Shown here piece after piece: positions 16,170 to 25,379 of a stretch of DNA of 25,379 nt. Position 1 is the stretch's first letter. Every line of letters begins with the position of its first letter. The DNA is taken from NCBI GenBank assembly GCA_043810635.1, contig JBDRNY010000057.1, forward strand, positions 1 through 25,379, read 5' to 3'. A program made the position numbers and the translations under genes. Origin of the DNA: Candidatus Micrarchaeota archaeon. GTDB taxonomy: Archaea > Micrarchaeota > Micrarchaeia > Anstonellales > Anstonellaceae. Under the pieces are notes generated by a model. It did no database searches and had not been told where the DNA came from. It was given only the letters and a program-made list of their open reading frames with translations.

Positions 16170-16265
16170 AGTATCACCCTGGTCGCTTTTCTTCCAACAC
16201 ATTTATGATAATGTAATTTAAAATATTATCGTGCCTTATATCAAAACAAATCAAAAGGCGTTATT

Positions 16266-16619
16266 ATGAAAAACCCAACACATCAGGTAGTTCTTACCTC
16301 AATTACATTGCTTACTTCAACATCCATCCTTTTTTCCAATAATTCTGTCGGTGCGGAATATCTTCAACAAGCTTTAAACGACCTCTGCTGCGACCTCCAG
16401 GGCCTTATCCCCGTCTCTGCAATGCTTTTGGTAGTTGCCGCCGCAGTAATATATTCAATAGGCCAAATGTTCGGCTCTGAAACCCGCGCCCGTGCAAACG
16501 TATGGGCAACTTCCTGCTTAACCGGCGCAGTAATTGGAATAATAATCTCTCAAGTCGCCCCCCACGTGCTCAGCATAATCGCCGGACCAGATGTCGTAAT
16601 AACCTGCAGCTGCACCTAA
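16266..16619 (+). CDS. TrbC/VirB2-like pilin
   Basis: Signal-like N-terminus, then two hydrophobic helices separated by a short basic loop (GSETRARANVW) and G-x3-G in helix 2. No class III cleavage motif. Confidence 0.7.
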   Translation: MKNPTHQVVLTSITLLTSTSILFSNNSVGAEYLQQALNDLCCDLQGLIPVSAMLLVVAAAVIYSIGQMFGSETRARANVWATSCLTGAVIGIIISQVAPHVLSIIAGPDVVITCSCT

Positions 16620-16650
16620 TTTTTTATTTCCCCCCCACCAAATACAATAC

Positions 16651-17292
16651 ATGCCCCAAACAAAGAAAGGCTACATATCTTTCATCTTTTTCCTCCTCCT
16701 CTCCCTCACCCTCCTCACCCCCCTCCTTTTCAATTCCATCCCACCCGCTTCAATTTCAACATCATATTCAATCCAAAAAACATTAAACCAACAAATTTCA
16801 TTCAAACGCGCGCTTCCGGCCGCCTCGCAAAAAGCATTTGATGACATAAAGCCATTTCTTCAAACACTAGACAGCCCACAACAAACAAACTTGCCCATCA
16901 CAAAAACCATTTCCACCATTCCAATATCAATTTCCAAACACCAACTCTCAACCCAAACCAAAAAAATAAAAGAAGAAATAATCCGCATTAAAATCCTAGA
17001 TTCCTGGGCCAAACTTTCAAAAACATGGTCTTCAAAAACCAACACAAACATTTCTGTTTACTGCCTTCCCGCTCCAAACACCCCTCCCATCCACCCCCAA
17101 ACTTTTTCACCCAGCACATTGCCAAACAAAAATTTTCTCCGGCTTTGGAATTCCTGCGCTTCCCAAATAAATTTTGACTACACTCAAAACAAAACAAATA
17201 TAAAAATCGGCCCCCGCGTCGGCGTTGTCGCCTCCCACACTCCCACCAACACTTCTGTTGCAGGAGAAATACTTTCATTTGGGCTGAATTAA
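16651..17292 (+). CDS. Type IV pilin-like protein with class III signal peptide
   Basis: MPQTKKG/YISFIFFLLLSLTLL: basic residues, Gly at -1, then a hydrophobic stretch. Confidence 0.7.
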   Translation: MPQTKKGYISFIFFLLLSLTLLTPLLFNSIPPASISTSYSIQKTLNQQISFKRALPAASQKAFDDIKPFLQTLDSPQQTNLPITKTISTIPISISKHQLSTQTKKIKEEIIRIKILDSWAKLSKTWSSKTNTNISVYCLPAPNTPPIHPQTFSPSTLPNKNFLRLWNSCASQINFDYTQNKTNIKIGPRVGVVASHTPTNTSVAGEILSFGLN

Positions 17293-17637
17293 ATGAAACA
17301 ACAAATTAATTTAAAAAAAGCACAAGCAACATTTGAATTTCTCGCAAACTTCCTAATATTATTATTTATTCTCACAATTTTTTCTGCAGCCGCAACCAAC
17401 CTCCTTTCTACTTCAACAAATTCAATCCAAACCATCCACGCCAAAAACCAGCTCTCAATTCTCTCCCTCAACCTCGGAATTCTTTATTCTTCCACAAACC
17501 AAACCACAATAAATTCCAACCCCCTCCCCCCCGACACCAAACTGCAGGAAAACCTTCTCTCTTTTCAACAAACAATTGTTTTTACCATAAATCCAGGTGT
17601 AAAAAAACATGCCCAAATTTCCTCAACACCCAACTAA
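17293..17637 (+). CDS. Archaeal type IV pilin (class III signal peptide)
   Basis: LKKA/QATFEFLANFLILLFIL with Q+1 and E+5; abuts the previous stop codon. Confidence 0.85.
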   Translation: MKQQINLKKAQATFEFLANFLILLFILTIFSAAATNLLSTSTNSIQTIHAKNQLSILSLNLGILYSSTNQTTINSNPLPPDTKLQENLLSFQQTIVFTINPGVKKHAQISSTPN

Positions 17638-18079
17638 CCCATCCGCCCTTTCTGGCCATCTCTTCAGCATAGACCTTATCCTAACATTTATTTTTCTAAC
17701 CTCCTTACTCCTCCCCCTAATGAACTATACTTCTCATCACATTCTGCTTTCAGACCATTATTCAAAAAACATAGAAAAAACCTCTGTATTGGTGCAGGAA
17801 GCAACCTTTCTCTACAATTATGGCGCAGCCCAGCACAACACAACCCAAACTTCAGACCCTCTTGCGCCAACCGAATTTACAATAATGGGATACCTCAGGC
17901 CCGACTTCGGCCCCACACACAATTCTCTTTCCTTTCAAAGAAGGTCAATGCTCGGCCTGACATCCCTCTCCTATCATCTCTCCCCCCCAAAAACATCCAA
18001 CCCAAACCAAATTTGCATACTCCGCAAAATGCTGGATATAGAAAAAAACACCCAACATGTTTGGGTGTGCGGCTATTAG
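17609..18079 (+). CDS. Minor pilin-like protein
   Basis: SG/HLFSIDLILTFIFL resembles the G/Q-x-F-S-x-D minor pilin N-terminus; overlaps the preceding gene. Confidence 0.65.
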   Translation: MPKFPQHPTNPSALSGHLFSIDLILTFIFLTSLLLPLMNYTSHHILLSDHYSKNIEKTSVLVQEATFLYNYGAAQHNTTQTSDPLAPTEFTIMGYLRPDFGPTHNSLSFQRRSMLGLTSLSYHLSPPKTSNPNQICILRKMLDIEKNTQHVWVCGY

Positions 18080-18087
18080 GTGTTTTT

Positions 18088-18474
18088 ATGATGTGGGCAG
18101 AAGCACTTCTCTCTTCAACCCTTCTATTTTTTGCCCTTCTCCTCGCCTTCCAAGCCCCTCTCCCCACAAACCCAATAATCGATTTTTACCAATACCAATC
18201 TCTTGAAGACGATGCAGCAATATTTGTTGAAAAAAACCTTACAACTACTAAATGCACGCAATATTTCCAAAAAGATTCAAATTATTGCCATGCCTGCCTC
18301 TGGACAGAAAACCCAGAACAAAATATTTTTACAAATCCAAAAACCAACTACACTCCCCCCTCCTGCACCCCGCACCATTCCGCCCCCCAGAATTTGCTTA
18401 CTGTTTCCCGCGGCACATTTAGGGAAGGAAAACTGCAGTTTTTTGTTATTTCAAAATTCAAAAAACAAAATTAG
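18088..18474 (+). CDS. Minor pilin-like or membrane-anchored protein
   Basis: AGGTG RBS before ATG 18088; MMWAEALLSSTLLFFALLL has E at +5 and no leader; four Cys. Confidence 0.6.
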   Translation: MMWAEALLSSTLLFFALLLAFQAPLPTNPIIDFYQYQSLEDDAAIFVEKNLTTTKCTQYFQKDSNYCHACLWTENPEQNIFTNPKTNYTPPSCTPHHSAPQNLLTVSRGTFREGKLQFFVISKFKKQN

Positions 18475-18475
18475 T

Positions 18476-19045
18476 CTATCCGCTGGCATAATACTTGCAA
18501 AGTTCTTCATCTTCATTTCTGTCAAGCAAGCTACAGGCATTCACATCTTTCAAATTTATTGCAACCTGTGATATGCACGGCTTTCTATACTCTTCAATTT
18601 CTATCAAACTGCACAAAATCAAATCATTATTTTCAACAGCAATTTTGTGCATACACCCCTCTTTGCTCAGCTTTTGCTCTAACATACACTCTTTTACACG
18701 CGAATCTTCAAACACATCAGTTTCAAATATTCTCTGCCCTTCTTTTTCCTCCTTCACAACAACTTCTTTCTGCGTATTCCTTTCCTCTATTTGCAGCTTT
18801 GTTGCTTCTGCCGGATTTATCGCACTTTCCAAACACCTTTCCCGCGCCTCTATTTCCCTTATTTCATAGCAAGTATATGGGTCCTGGTACCATACAGCCA
18901 TATATTCCAAACAAGTATCTTTTTCATAACTATCTACAAACTGGTCGCATCTTCCCGCCGCTGCCGGCTTGATACAACCGCCAATAAACAATCCTGCAAA
19001 AACCAATCCAAAAACAATTATCATAATAAAATTTCTGTTTACCAT
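18476..19045 (-). CDS. Putative lipoprotein with Cys-rich helical repeats
   Basis: Hydrophobic signal ending IGG-C; repeats CLEYMAVWYQDPYTC, CMHKIAVENNDLILC, CISQVAINLKDVNAC. Confidence 0.75.
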   Translation of the reverse strand: MVNRNFIMIIVFGLVFAGLFIGGCIKPAAAGRCDQFVDSYEKDTCLEYMAVWYQDPYTCYEIREIEARERCLESAINPAEATKLQIEERNTQKEVVVKEEKEGQRIFETDVFEDSRVKECMLEQKLSKEGCMHKIAVENNDLILCSLIEIEEYRKPCISQVAINLKDVNACSLLDRNEDEELCKYYASG

Positions 19046-19077
19046 ATTCAACCTTCCCCCAACTCCATTAAAAAGCT

Positions 19078-19965
19078 TCACTTCTTGCCCCCAAGCAACC
19101 CAACAATCTCCTCTTTCAAACTCATTCTCTCTGTCTCACCTAATATAGAATCCGTAACAACAATCTTTCCCACACCCGCTCCCTTAATTTTTCCAATCGC
19201 CTCCCCCAAAAACAATCCATGCGTTGCCGCGCAATGCACTTTTTTTGCACCCATCTCAAAGCATTTTTTAGTTGCATTTACCATTGTCCCCCCGCCCGCA
19301 ATCATATCATCAATCAATATAACTTCCTTTTCTTTAACATCAAAATATGCCTCCATTTCCACAACAGGGCGGAAGGCACTCTTTTCTTCTGCATACTCTC
19401 CCCTTCTCTTTTTCATAACCTTCCCGCATTTTCCAGCCATATGCTTTGCCCCCATATCCGGGCCTACAACAACCGCATCTTTGCTTGTTTTTTTCAAATA
19501 TTGCACGAGCTTTTGCCCCACGCATTTATTTTCTATTTTCATTCCCTCAAATTCAAACTCCCCTTCTTTTTTCAAAAAATGGCAGTCCCACACAAACATT
19601 TTTTTTGCCCCGCCACACACAAGCATTTTCACAAGCATCCTCGCACTCTCAACTTCCCCCCCCAGCCACACTTTATCTGCCCGTGCATAAGGCAAATAAG
19701 GAATTATCAAAGAAATATTTTCTGCCCCGCTCTTTTTCACACCATATATTATCTGCATCAAAGCAATAATACTGTCATCAGGATTTGGATAAAGCCTGTG
19801 CAATATGCGCACATTATTCCCCCTAATTTCCTCCGCGTTTTCCAGCCTGCAATAATTCTCCCCATCTGGAAATTTTTTCAAAACAACATTTGGAGTTGCA
19901 AAATCCGCGCAATTTTGGGAAACAATCCCGACATCTCCCCCGCTTTTCTTACCCATGTCTTTCAC
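19078..19965 (-). CDS. prs: Ribose-phosphate pyrophosphokinase
   Basis: FPDGE, PYLPYARADK, GPDMGA, LIDDMIAGGGT, ATHG. Start may be 19956. Confidence 0.93.
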   Translation of the reverse strand: MKDMGKKSGGDVGIVSQNCADFATPNVVLKKFPDGENYCRLENAEEIRGNNVRILHRLYPNPDDSIIALMQIIYGVKKSGAENISLIIPYLPYARADKVWLGGEVESARMLVKMLVCGGAKKMFVWDCHFLKKEGEFEFEGMKIENKCVGQKLVQYLKKTSKDAVVVGPDMGAKHMAGKCGKVMKKRRGEYAEEKSAFRPVVEMEAYFDVKEKEVILIDDMIAGGGTMVNATKKCFEMGAKKVHCAATHGLFLGEAIGKIKGAGVGKIVVTDSILGETERMSLKEEIVGLLGGKK

Positions 19966-20095
19966 ACCCGTTCATATAATACCCCCCATCACTTTCTTTA
20001 ACTCCTTTTTTCACATCCATCAATACAATATCTTTCTATCCCACTTTTCCTAACTCTATTTTCCCAATACAATATCTCCCTATTTTTATAATAAT

Positions 20096-21040
20096 TTATG
20101 TGCCAGCCATCATCCGCAGCAAATCCCTTAACCCCGGCGCCAGCCCTATAATTGCAATAGCCAATAAAGCCATCCCCCTCATCCTTTCATCTTTTTCCTC
20201 CGAAAGCAGCCATACTGCAGCCCCTGCAAACAGCACTTTTACAGCAAAAAACAATCCAAAACCCAGCCCCGTAGCTTCCCCTATCCCCCTCGACAGCACA
20301 TGCTGCTCAAAATAACCCGCTCCTTTTCCAGAGCCAAAAAAATCAATCGCAATCCATGTTGCCGCCCCGTCCAAAGCATGGCCAAAAACCGGCAGCCTTT
20401 TCTCCCTCCCCCTAAAGTTTACAAAATAAGAAACAGCAACAGTGGCAACCAATGCAACCCCCACCACCATGATTCCATATGCAAAGTATTGCATAAGCGG
20501 AAGCAAAACCAGCAGATTTATTATTGCAAACATTCCCCCCACGCCCGCAGCCCAAAATTTAATTTTTATTTTTCTTTCAATAATTACTGACAGCAAAAAC
20601 AATATTGCAGTAACAACATACACTCCCGGGCTTACAGTAATTATTCCATAATCAAAAGCACCAGAACCTAGCACCATTCCATATATTGCGTTAATAATTC
20701 CATCAAAAAACCCGATTCCGCCCGCATTAGCAACATCACCAATATTTCCCGCAATTCCGTTCCCCCCGCTTGCCGCAGTCGCAATATATTTATTCATCAT
20801 CACCCCGCTATCCACAGCATCAGTAATCACCCTCAAAGAAGAGCCAAAAACAGTCCAAACAATCGCGCCCGCCCAAAAGCTTTCATCTATTTTCACTTTT
20901 TTTATTTCAAAAATTTTCCAAATAACAAACAACACAACCAGTGCAATAATTGCATATGTAAAAGTATTCACTGTGTTATACCCCGTCTTTTCCCAAATAG
21001 GGGAAATAAAAAATTCCTGCACTATCCCTCCTACATCCAT
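20096..21040 (-). CDS. DUF63-family polytopic membrane protein
   Basis: GYNTVNTFTYA, LRVITDA, SPGVY, HALDGAAT, YFEQHVL, GLAPGLRDLLR. Confidence 0.88.
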   Translation of the reverse strand: MDVGGIVQEFFISPIWEKTGYNTVNTFTYAIIALVVLFVIWKIFEIKKVKIDESFWAGAIVWTVFGSSLRVITDAVDSGVMMNKYIATAASGGNGIAGNIGDVANAGGIGFFDGIINAIYGMVLGSGAFDYGIITVSPGVYVVTAILFLLSVIIERKIKIKFWAAGVGGMFAIINLLVLLPLMQYFAYGIMVVGVALVATVAVSYFVNFRGREKRLPVFGHALDGAATWIAIDFFGSGKGAGYFEQHVLSRGIGEATGLGFGLFFAVKVLFAGAAVWLLSEEKDERMRGMALLAIAIIGLAPGLRDLLRMMAGT

Positions 21041-21094
21041 AAATTATACTGGGTAGGTGTTATCTATAAAAACCATACATGAGTCCTCCTCAAT

Positions 21095-23911
21095 ATGGCA
21101 TGCAGACCATCTTATCACGGGAACCGCCTTAGCATGGACTGCCTCACATGCGGCTTGGGGCTAGGCACAACCTCATGCATCGGTTCCCACATCCATACTA
21201 TAGCAATGCTTGAAAAGCCGTGGAAAACCATGCGCTATGAAGAGGAAAACATAATCGAGCTGGACGGGAAAAAATCCAGAATATTTTCAGAATATGTCGG
21301 CATTATCAGGCAGGTGGAAGCCCTGATGGCAAATCCGAAAATTTACGGCCACCCTGAAGACGACCAGTACAACAACAGAAAAAATCTGATAAAAGACTTT
21401 TATGAAACAATATTTCAAAACCCAGTGCAGGCAGCCCGGGTTTTGGAAGATTATTCCGAGCCCCAGCCAACACGCTCAGTATTTTTGAAAGGCCACCATG
21501 AATTTGCAGCATGGGTGAACGGAATTCTGGACGCTTACAAAAAAACAATGCTTTACCAGATTTCCTCCAAACACCTTGATCTAAGAAAAACATTCCTTTC
21601 AATACTCTCCCTTAAAACAATGCCTTACACCCAAGCCTACATAAAATCCATCCCGGAAAACACCCGGCTTGTGGAGGGCGGCACCTACTCCCTAAAACAC
21701 GGGATAGAAGTCGATATATACAAAATACCAGGCAACGATTCTCTTCTTTATGTGCAAAAAAACCCAGCAATAGAAAATTTAAGCGACGAACTTTCCTCTA
21801 TGCTAAAAGAAGCAGTGCTTGCCGAATTAAAACAAACCCGCGAAAATGTTGATTATACTACAATATTTGAAGAAAAGGTGCGGGAATTTCGCCAGCAATT
21901 TTTAGATGACGCACGGGCAAAATCCCTCCCCCTCACCCCTCCCACCGCATTTGCAATGGGCAGGGAAGCAGCCGCCTGGTCTGTAGGCCTCGGCTCCCCC
22001 ATAGAAAACATTGCTTTAGACAGAAAAAACATAACCGATATTTACATAGACGCGCAAAGCGCGGCACTTTATGTTGAGCACCAGGAATTCGGGCTTTGCC
22101 ATACATTATGGCAATATAACCGGGAAATGCTTGACAGAATGTTTAGAAATATAGTTGCAACCCAAAAAGGAACCCGCCGCTTTGACAAGGACAATCCGAT
22201 AATTGATGTCGTACTAACCCGGCTTGCAATGAGGTGCCATCTTCAGCGCCCGCCCGCAACATTCGGGGATTTGCAGGCAGCCTTGAGAATAATGAAAGAC
22301 GAGCCATTCACTTACCCGGAATATTTGAAATATAATTCCTTTACTCCGTTTTTTGCGGGCTATGATGATGTACTGGTAGGGCTCGGCTGCTCCGAGGCAG
22401 TGCTTGGATTAAAAGGGGTCGGAAAAACAGCATTTACTGAAGCAAAAATAGCAGCAATCGGCCTCAAGCGCAGAATTCTCCCGATACAGGATATTGAAGA
22501 AATCCCTGTGCGTGCATACAGAAAAAGAGGGTTTCATATCGGTGCAGTGCGCGTGATTTCTTCAGACAGGGATGACGTCCCCTCCTCCTCAAGCGAGCTG
22601 GATTTGGTTTCAATGACAAATGCCGCCCTTAGGATGGGGGATGCGTGCGTTATAATAAACGAAATACGCTGGCGCACCGCAATTCAGGGAGTAATAAACA
22701 TGCTCAACACCCAGCCCGGAATATTTCTGCTTTACAATTTGCATGCCCAATCCTTGAAAGACATACAAGACAGGCTTGAATTGGTATTTGGAATGCCCGC
22801 AGCATCAATGTATTCAACAGACCGATATTCATTTTTGAAAAAAATACGTTTCGGGAGAAAGAGCAGAATGTTCCGTTTGCTCGGTTCGCAGTTTGAATCA
22901 GATATGGGAAAAAGGCAGTTTGTGCCTGTATTTACTCTTGAAAGAGGAAATGATATTTCCTCCACAAATTTAATATGCAATTTCTGCTCTTTGCCCGAAG
23001 CAAGTTCAAAACAATTATATAATATTGATTTAGGCGAAATATCCAAAAAATTAAAATTAAAATTCACCCCTCCTGCATTGAAAAGAAGGTGCGAGGAAAC
23101 CGGCCTCCCCCCTGAAGATTATGTTATGGAGGCATTTTACAAAGGAAAATTATATGATTTGATTTACCGCGCCTCCATCGAGCACAGCGAGCCATTGCTT
23201 ATTGAAATAGATTTTGTATTAAAATGCCTTGCAGCGGCAAACAACATCCTTCATAAATACGCCGGCGAAACCCCTGACTGGGCAAAATATGACAAATTAA
23301 TGTGTGAAAAATTCAATGAAATATTGCAAAAAGAGATTTCAGATTTGGAAACAACTGCAATAGAAACAGGCCAAAGGCCTGCATCTCAAAAACAAAAATC
23401 ATCTGTTTACCCCCAAAAAACAACCCAATTAAAAAAACAACCCCGTCCGCAGGAAACAACCCAAATACAAAAACCAAAACCTTCGATTCTTCCGCAAACC
23501 GAAATCCCCTTCCCCCCAATACAAGAAAATCAATCAATTCCAACCCCGCCCCCCTCACAACCAAAAATAAAAATTCCCATCCCCCCAACCCCTAAAACAA
23601 AACAACCACAAACCAGCTCAATGCCTTCCCGCCCACAAACAAAACCTTACCGCCCTTCCACCCAAACAAAAAGTTCTTCCTCCCGCGCCCAAACACCACC
23701 ACCGCTTCCACCCCAAAAAACACAACCAAAATTGCCCCCACAACCACCTACCAAATCAAAAACAACTTCCCTTCCATTCACAATCCAAACATCCAAACAA
23801 GTGGAAGAAAAAACAAAATTAAAAAAACAAAAAAAGAAACCAACTTCTTCAGAACCAGTCTCCCCCAACGACACTCCGGATTTTACAATGGAGTTTGAGC
23901 CGGAAGACTAA
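21095..23911 (+). CDS. Divergent type II/IV secretion-system ATPase (VirB11/TadA/ArlI superfamily) with disordered C-terminal tail
   Basis: DRKNITDIYID, Walker A GLKGVGKT, Asp box IQDIEEI, Walker B IINEIR, His box NLHAQS; ~185-aa P/Q/K/T-rich tail. Confidence 0.85.
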   Translation: MACRPSYHGNRLSMDCLTCGLGLGTTSCIGSHIHTIAMLEKPWKTMRYEEENIIELDGKKSRIFSEYVGIIRQVEALMANPKIYGHPEDDQYNNRKNLIKDFYETIFQNPVQAARVLEDYSEPQPTRSVFLKGHHEFAAWVNGILDAYKKTMLYQISSKHLDLRKTFLSILSLKTMPYTQAYIKSIPENTRLVEGGTYSLKHGIEVDIYKIPGNDSLLYVQKNPAIENLSDELSSMLKEAVLAELKQTRENVDYTTIFEEKVREFRQQFLDDARAKSLPLTPPTAFAMGREAAAWSVGLGSPIENIALDRKNITDIYIDAQSAALYVEHQEFGLCHTLWQYNREMLDRMFRNIVATQKGTRRFDKDNPIIDVVLTRLAMRCHLQRPPATFGDLQAALRIMKDEPFTYPEYLKYNSFTPFFAGYDDVLVGLGCSEAVLGLKGVGKTAFTEAKIAAIGLKRRILPIQDIEEIPVRAYRKRGFHIGAVRVISSDRDDVPSSSSELDLVSMTNAALRMGDACVIINEIRWRTAIQGVINMLNTQPGIFLLYNLHAQSLKDIQDRLELVFGMPAASMYSTDRYSFLKKIRFGRKSRMFRLLGSQFESDMGKRQFVPVFTLERGNDISSTNLICNFCSLPEASSKQLYNIDLGEISKKLKLKFTPPALKRRCEETGLPPEDYVMEAFYKGKLYDLIYRASIEHSEPLLIEIDFVLKCLAAANNILHKYAGETPDWAKYDKLMCEKFNEILQKEISDLETTAIETGQRPASQKQKSSVYPQKTTQLKKQPRPQETTQIQKPKPSILPQTEIPFPPIQENQSIPTPPPSQPKIKIPIPPTPKTKQPQTSSMPSRPQTKPYRPSTQTKSSSSRAQTPPPLPPQKTQPKLPPQPPTKSKTTSLPFTIQTSKQVEEKTKLKKQKKKPTSSEPVSPNDTPDFTMEFEPED

Positions 23912-23952
23912 TCAATACCCTAAAATACTTCTCCCCTACAAACTTATTTCAT

Positions 23953-25032
23953 ATGGGATTAGCAGACAAACTAAAAGAATTGGAAGAAGAGCTTGCGCGC
24001 ACCCAAAAAAACAAAGCTACAGAATTCCACATAGGAATTCTAAAATCCAAAATTGCAAAAATGAAAAAAGACCTCTCCACGCCAAAGAAAACCGGCAAGC
24101 GCACCGGAGGGTTTGAAGTAAAAAAATCAGGAGACTCCTCAGTTGTATTTATCGGCCTTCCTTCCACAGGCAAATCCACCCTCCTTAACACACTCACTGG
24201 CGCAAAAAACAAAACAGCTTCCTATGCATTCACCACCCTTGGCTGCATTCCGGCAGATTTGCATTACAAGGGAGCCCGCATACAGCTTCTTGATTTGCCG
24301 GGAATAATTTCAGGTGCAAAAGTAGGCAGCGGAAGAGGAAAAGAAATTTTGGCGGTTGCAAGAAACGCAGACTTAATTTTGCTGGTATTGGATGTGTTTG
24401 ACCCGTTTTATAGGGACAAGCTGATAGCCGAGCTTGAGGGAATAGGAATACGTGTTGACAAAAAACCCCCTCACATTTTCATCCAGCAAACATTGCGCGG
24501 AGGATTAGACATCAATTACACAATAAAGCCAACCCACCTGAACAACAGGATAATAACCGGCATTTTGCACGAATACGGAATTCACAACGGAAATGTTACA
24601 ATAAGGCAAAATGCAACAGTTGATGAATTTATTGATGTTATTGTTGGAAACAGGAAATACATCCCTTCCCTTGCAACAATAAGCAAAATAGATTTGGTAA
24701 AGTCTTCTTTTCTAAAAAACATAAATTATGAATTTTGCGCAGTAAGCGGGGAAACCGGCGAAGGGGCGGACAGGTTAAAAGAAGAAATATATCAAAAACT
24801 CCGATTAATACGCATTTTTACAAAAAGAAAAGGTGAAAAAGCAGATGATGCGCCCCTTATGCTCCGCACCGGCTCCACACTTGCAGACGCCTGCAACAAG
24901 CTCCACCGGGAATTATTGGTATTATTCAAATATGCGCAGGTATGGGGCCCATCCGCAAAATTCCCGGGCCAAAAAGTAGGCTTATCCCACAAATTAAAAG
25001 ACGGGGATACAATTCAGATATACAAGCGCTAA
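23953..25032 (+). CDS. DRG-family (Obg superfamily) GTPase with TGS domain
   Basis: TQKNKATEFHIGILKSKIAK, GFEVKKSGD, GLPSTGKS, YAFTT, DLPG, YAQVWGPSAKFPGQKVG. Confidence 0.95.
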   Translation: MGLADKLKELEEELARTQKNKATEFHIGILKSKIAKMKKDLSTPKKTGKRTGGFEVKKSGDSSVVFIGLPSTGKSTLLNTLTGAKNKTASYAFTTLGCIPADLHYKGARIQLLDLPGIISGAKVGSGRGKEILAVARNADLILLVLDVFDPFYRDKLIAELEGIGIRVDKKPPHIFIQQTLRGGLDINYTIKPTHLNNRIITGILHEYGIHNGNVTIRQNATVDEFIDVIVGNRKYIPSLATISKIDLVKSSFLKNINYEFCAVSGETGEGADRLKEEIYQKLRLIRIFTKRKGEKADDAPLMLRTGSTLADACNKLHRELLVLFKYAQVWGPSAKFPGQKVGLSHKLKDGDTIQIYKR

Positions 25033-25098
25033 TTTTGTTATATTTGTAACATCAACTATATATTTAAGAAAAAACAACTTTTTTATTGGTGAATTGAT

Positions 25099-25314
25099 AT
25101 GCAAGTCAAAAGAATAATTGATAACTCAGAACCTAATGGAAACCCAACTGCCGCATACAACAACAGATTGCGCCAGCTTCTTGGCCCTTTGGGCAGGAAT
25201 TCGCTCAATTTTAGCCAGAGCATAAGCGTAAACAAAATAGACAATCAATCCTTTCCCCGCATTTTGGAGAATAATGTTGTGACACGGGAAATAGTCCCCA
25301 GAAACATTAGATAA
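25099..25314 (+). CDS. Small hypothetical protein, 71 aa
   Basis: GGTGA RBS and TATA-like TATATTTAA upstream; no recognisable motif. Confidence 0.45.
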   Translation: MQVKRIIDNSEPNGNPTAAYNNRLRQLLGPLGRNSLNFSQSISVNKIDNQSFPRILENNVVTREIVPRNIR

Positions 25315-25379
25315 CCCTCGTCAATCCAAACCCATAACTTTTTTTACTTTCCTTAATCAAAAACCTGAAAAATCCCCCC

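Noticed and set aside
16201..16246. dif-like sites (ATTTATGATAA-TGTAAT-TTAAAATATTA and ...CGTGCC-TTATATCAAAA) near the skew switch
   Set aside because: Only one good arm in each. The region is an AT-rich divergent promoter where TATA boxes explain the matches. Worth rechecking only if the switch proves to be a terminus.
18791..20001. Long + strand ORFs (299 aa, 260 aa) and similar antisense ORFs across the window
   Set aside because: Shadows of confident genes; the strong skew depletes stop codons on the opposite strand.
11432..25032. Two Obg-family TGS NTPases in one window
   Set aside because: YchF and DRG are both ordinary archaeal core genes, not a duplication.

Overview
Gene-dense archaeal chromosome segment, most likely DPANN (Micrarchaeota-like; inferred from gene content, intron-containing tRNAs, GGTG/GGAGGTG ribosome-binding sites and pilin types). 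Housekeeping genes: GGPP synthase, pheS, RNase Z, a divergent RFC large subunit, YchF, Trm56, TFE, PRPP synthetase, DUF63 and a DRG GTPase, plus tRNA-Lys(CTT) and initiator tRNA-Met, each with a 37/38 intron. Surface genes: a VirB2/TrbC-like pilin followed by four type IV pilin-like genes, a divergent secretion ATPase and two Cys-repeat proteins. Most notable observations: (1) a sharp G-to-C strand-skew inversion near 15.6 kb, independent of gene orientation, coinciding with a perfect 16-bp palindrome, ORB-like inverted repeats and an orphan Cas2/VapD-like ORF; (2) a signal-peptide protein resembling an outer-membrane beta-barrel with a C-terminal Phe signal; (3) a ~120-nt structured RNA candidate between tRNA-Lys and trm56; (4) an MBL-fold protein that has lost its metal ligands; (5) a tandem CC1-like chromatin protein; (6) a frameshifted conserved gene. 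No CRISPR array, rRNA, integrase or transposase was seen. All family calls come from motif recognition by eye, not database searches.
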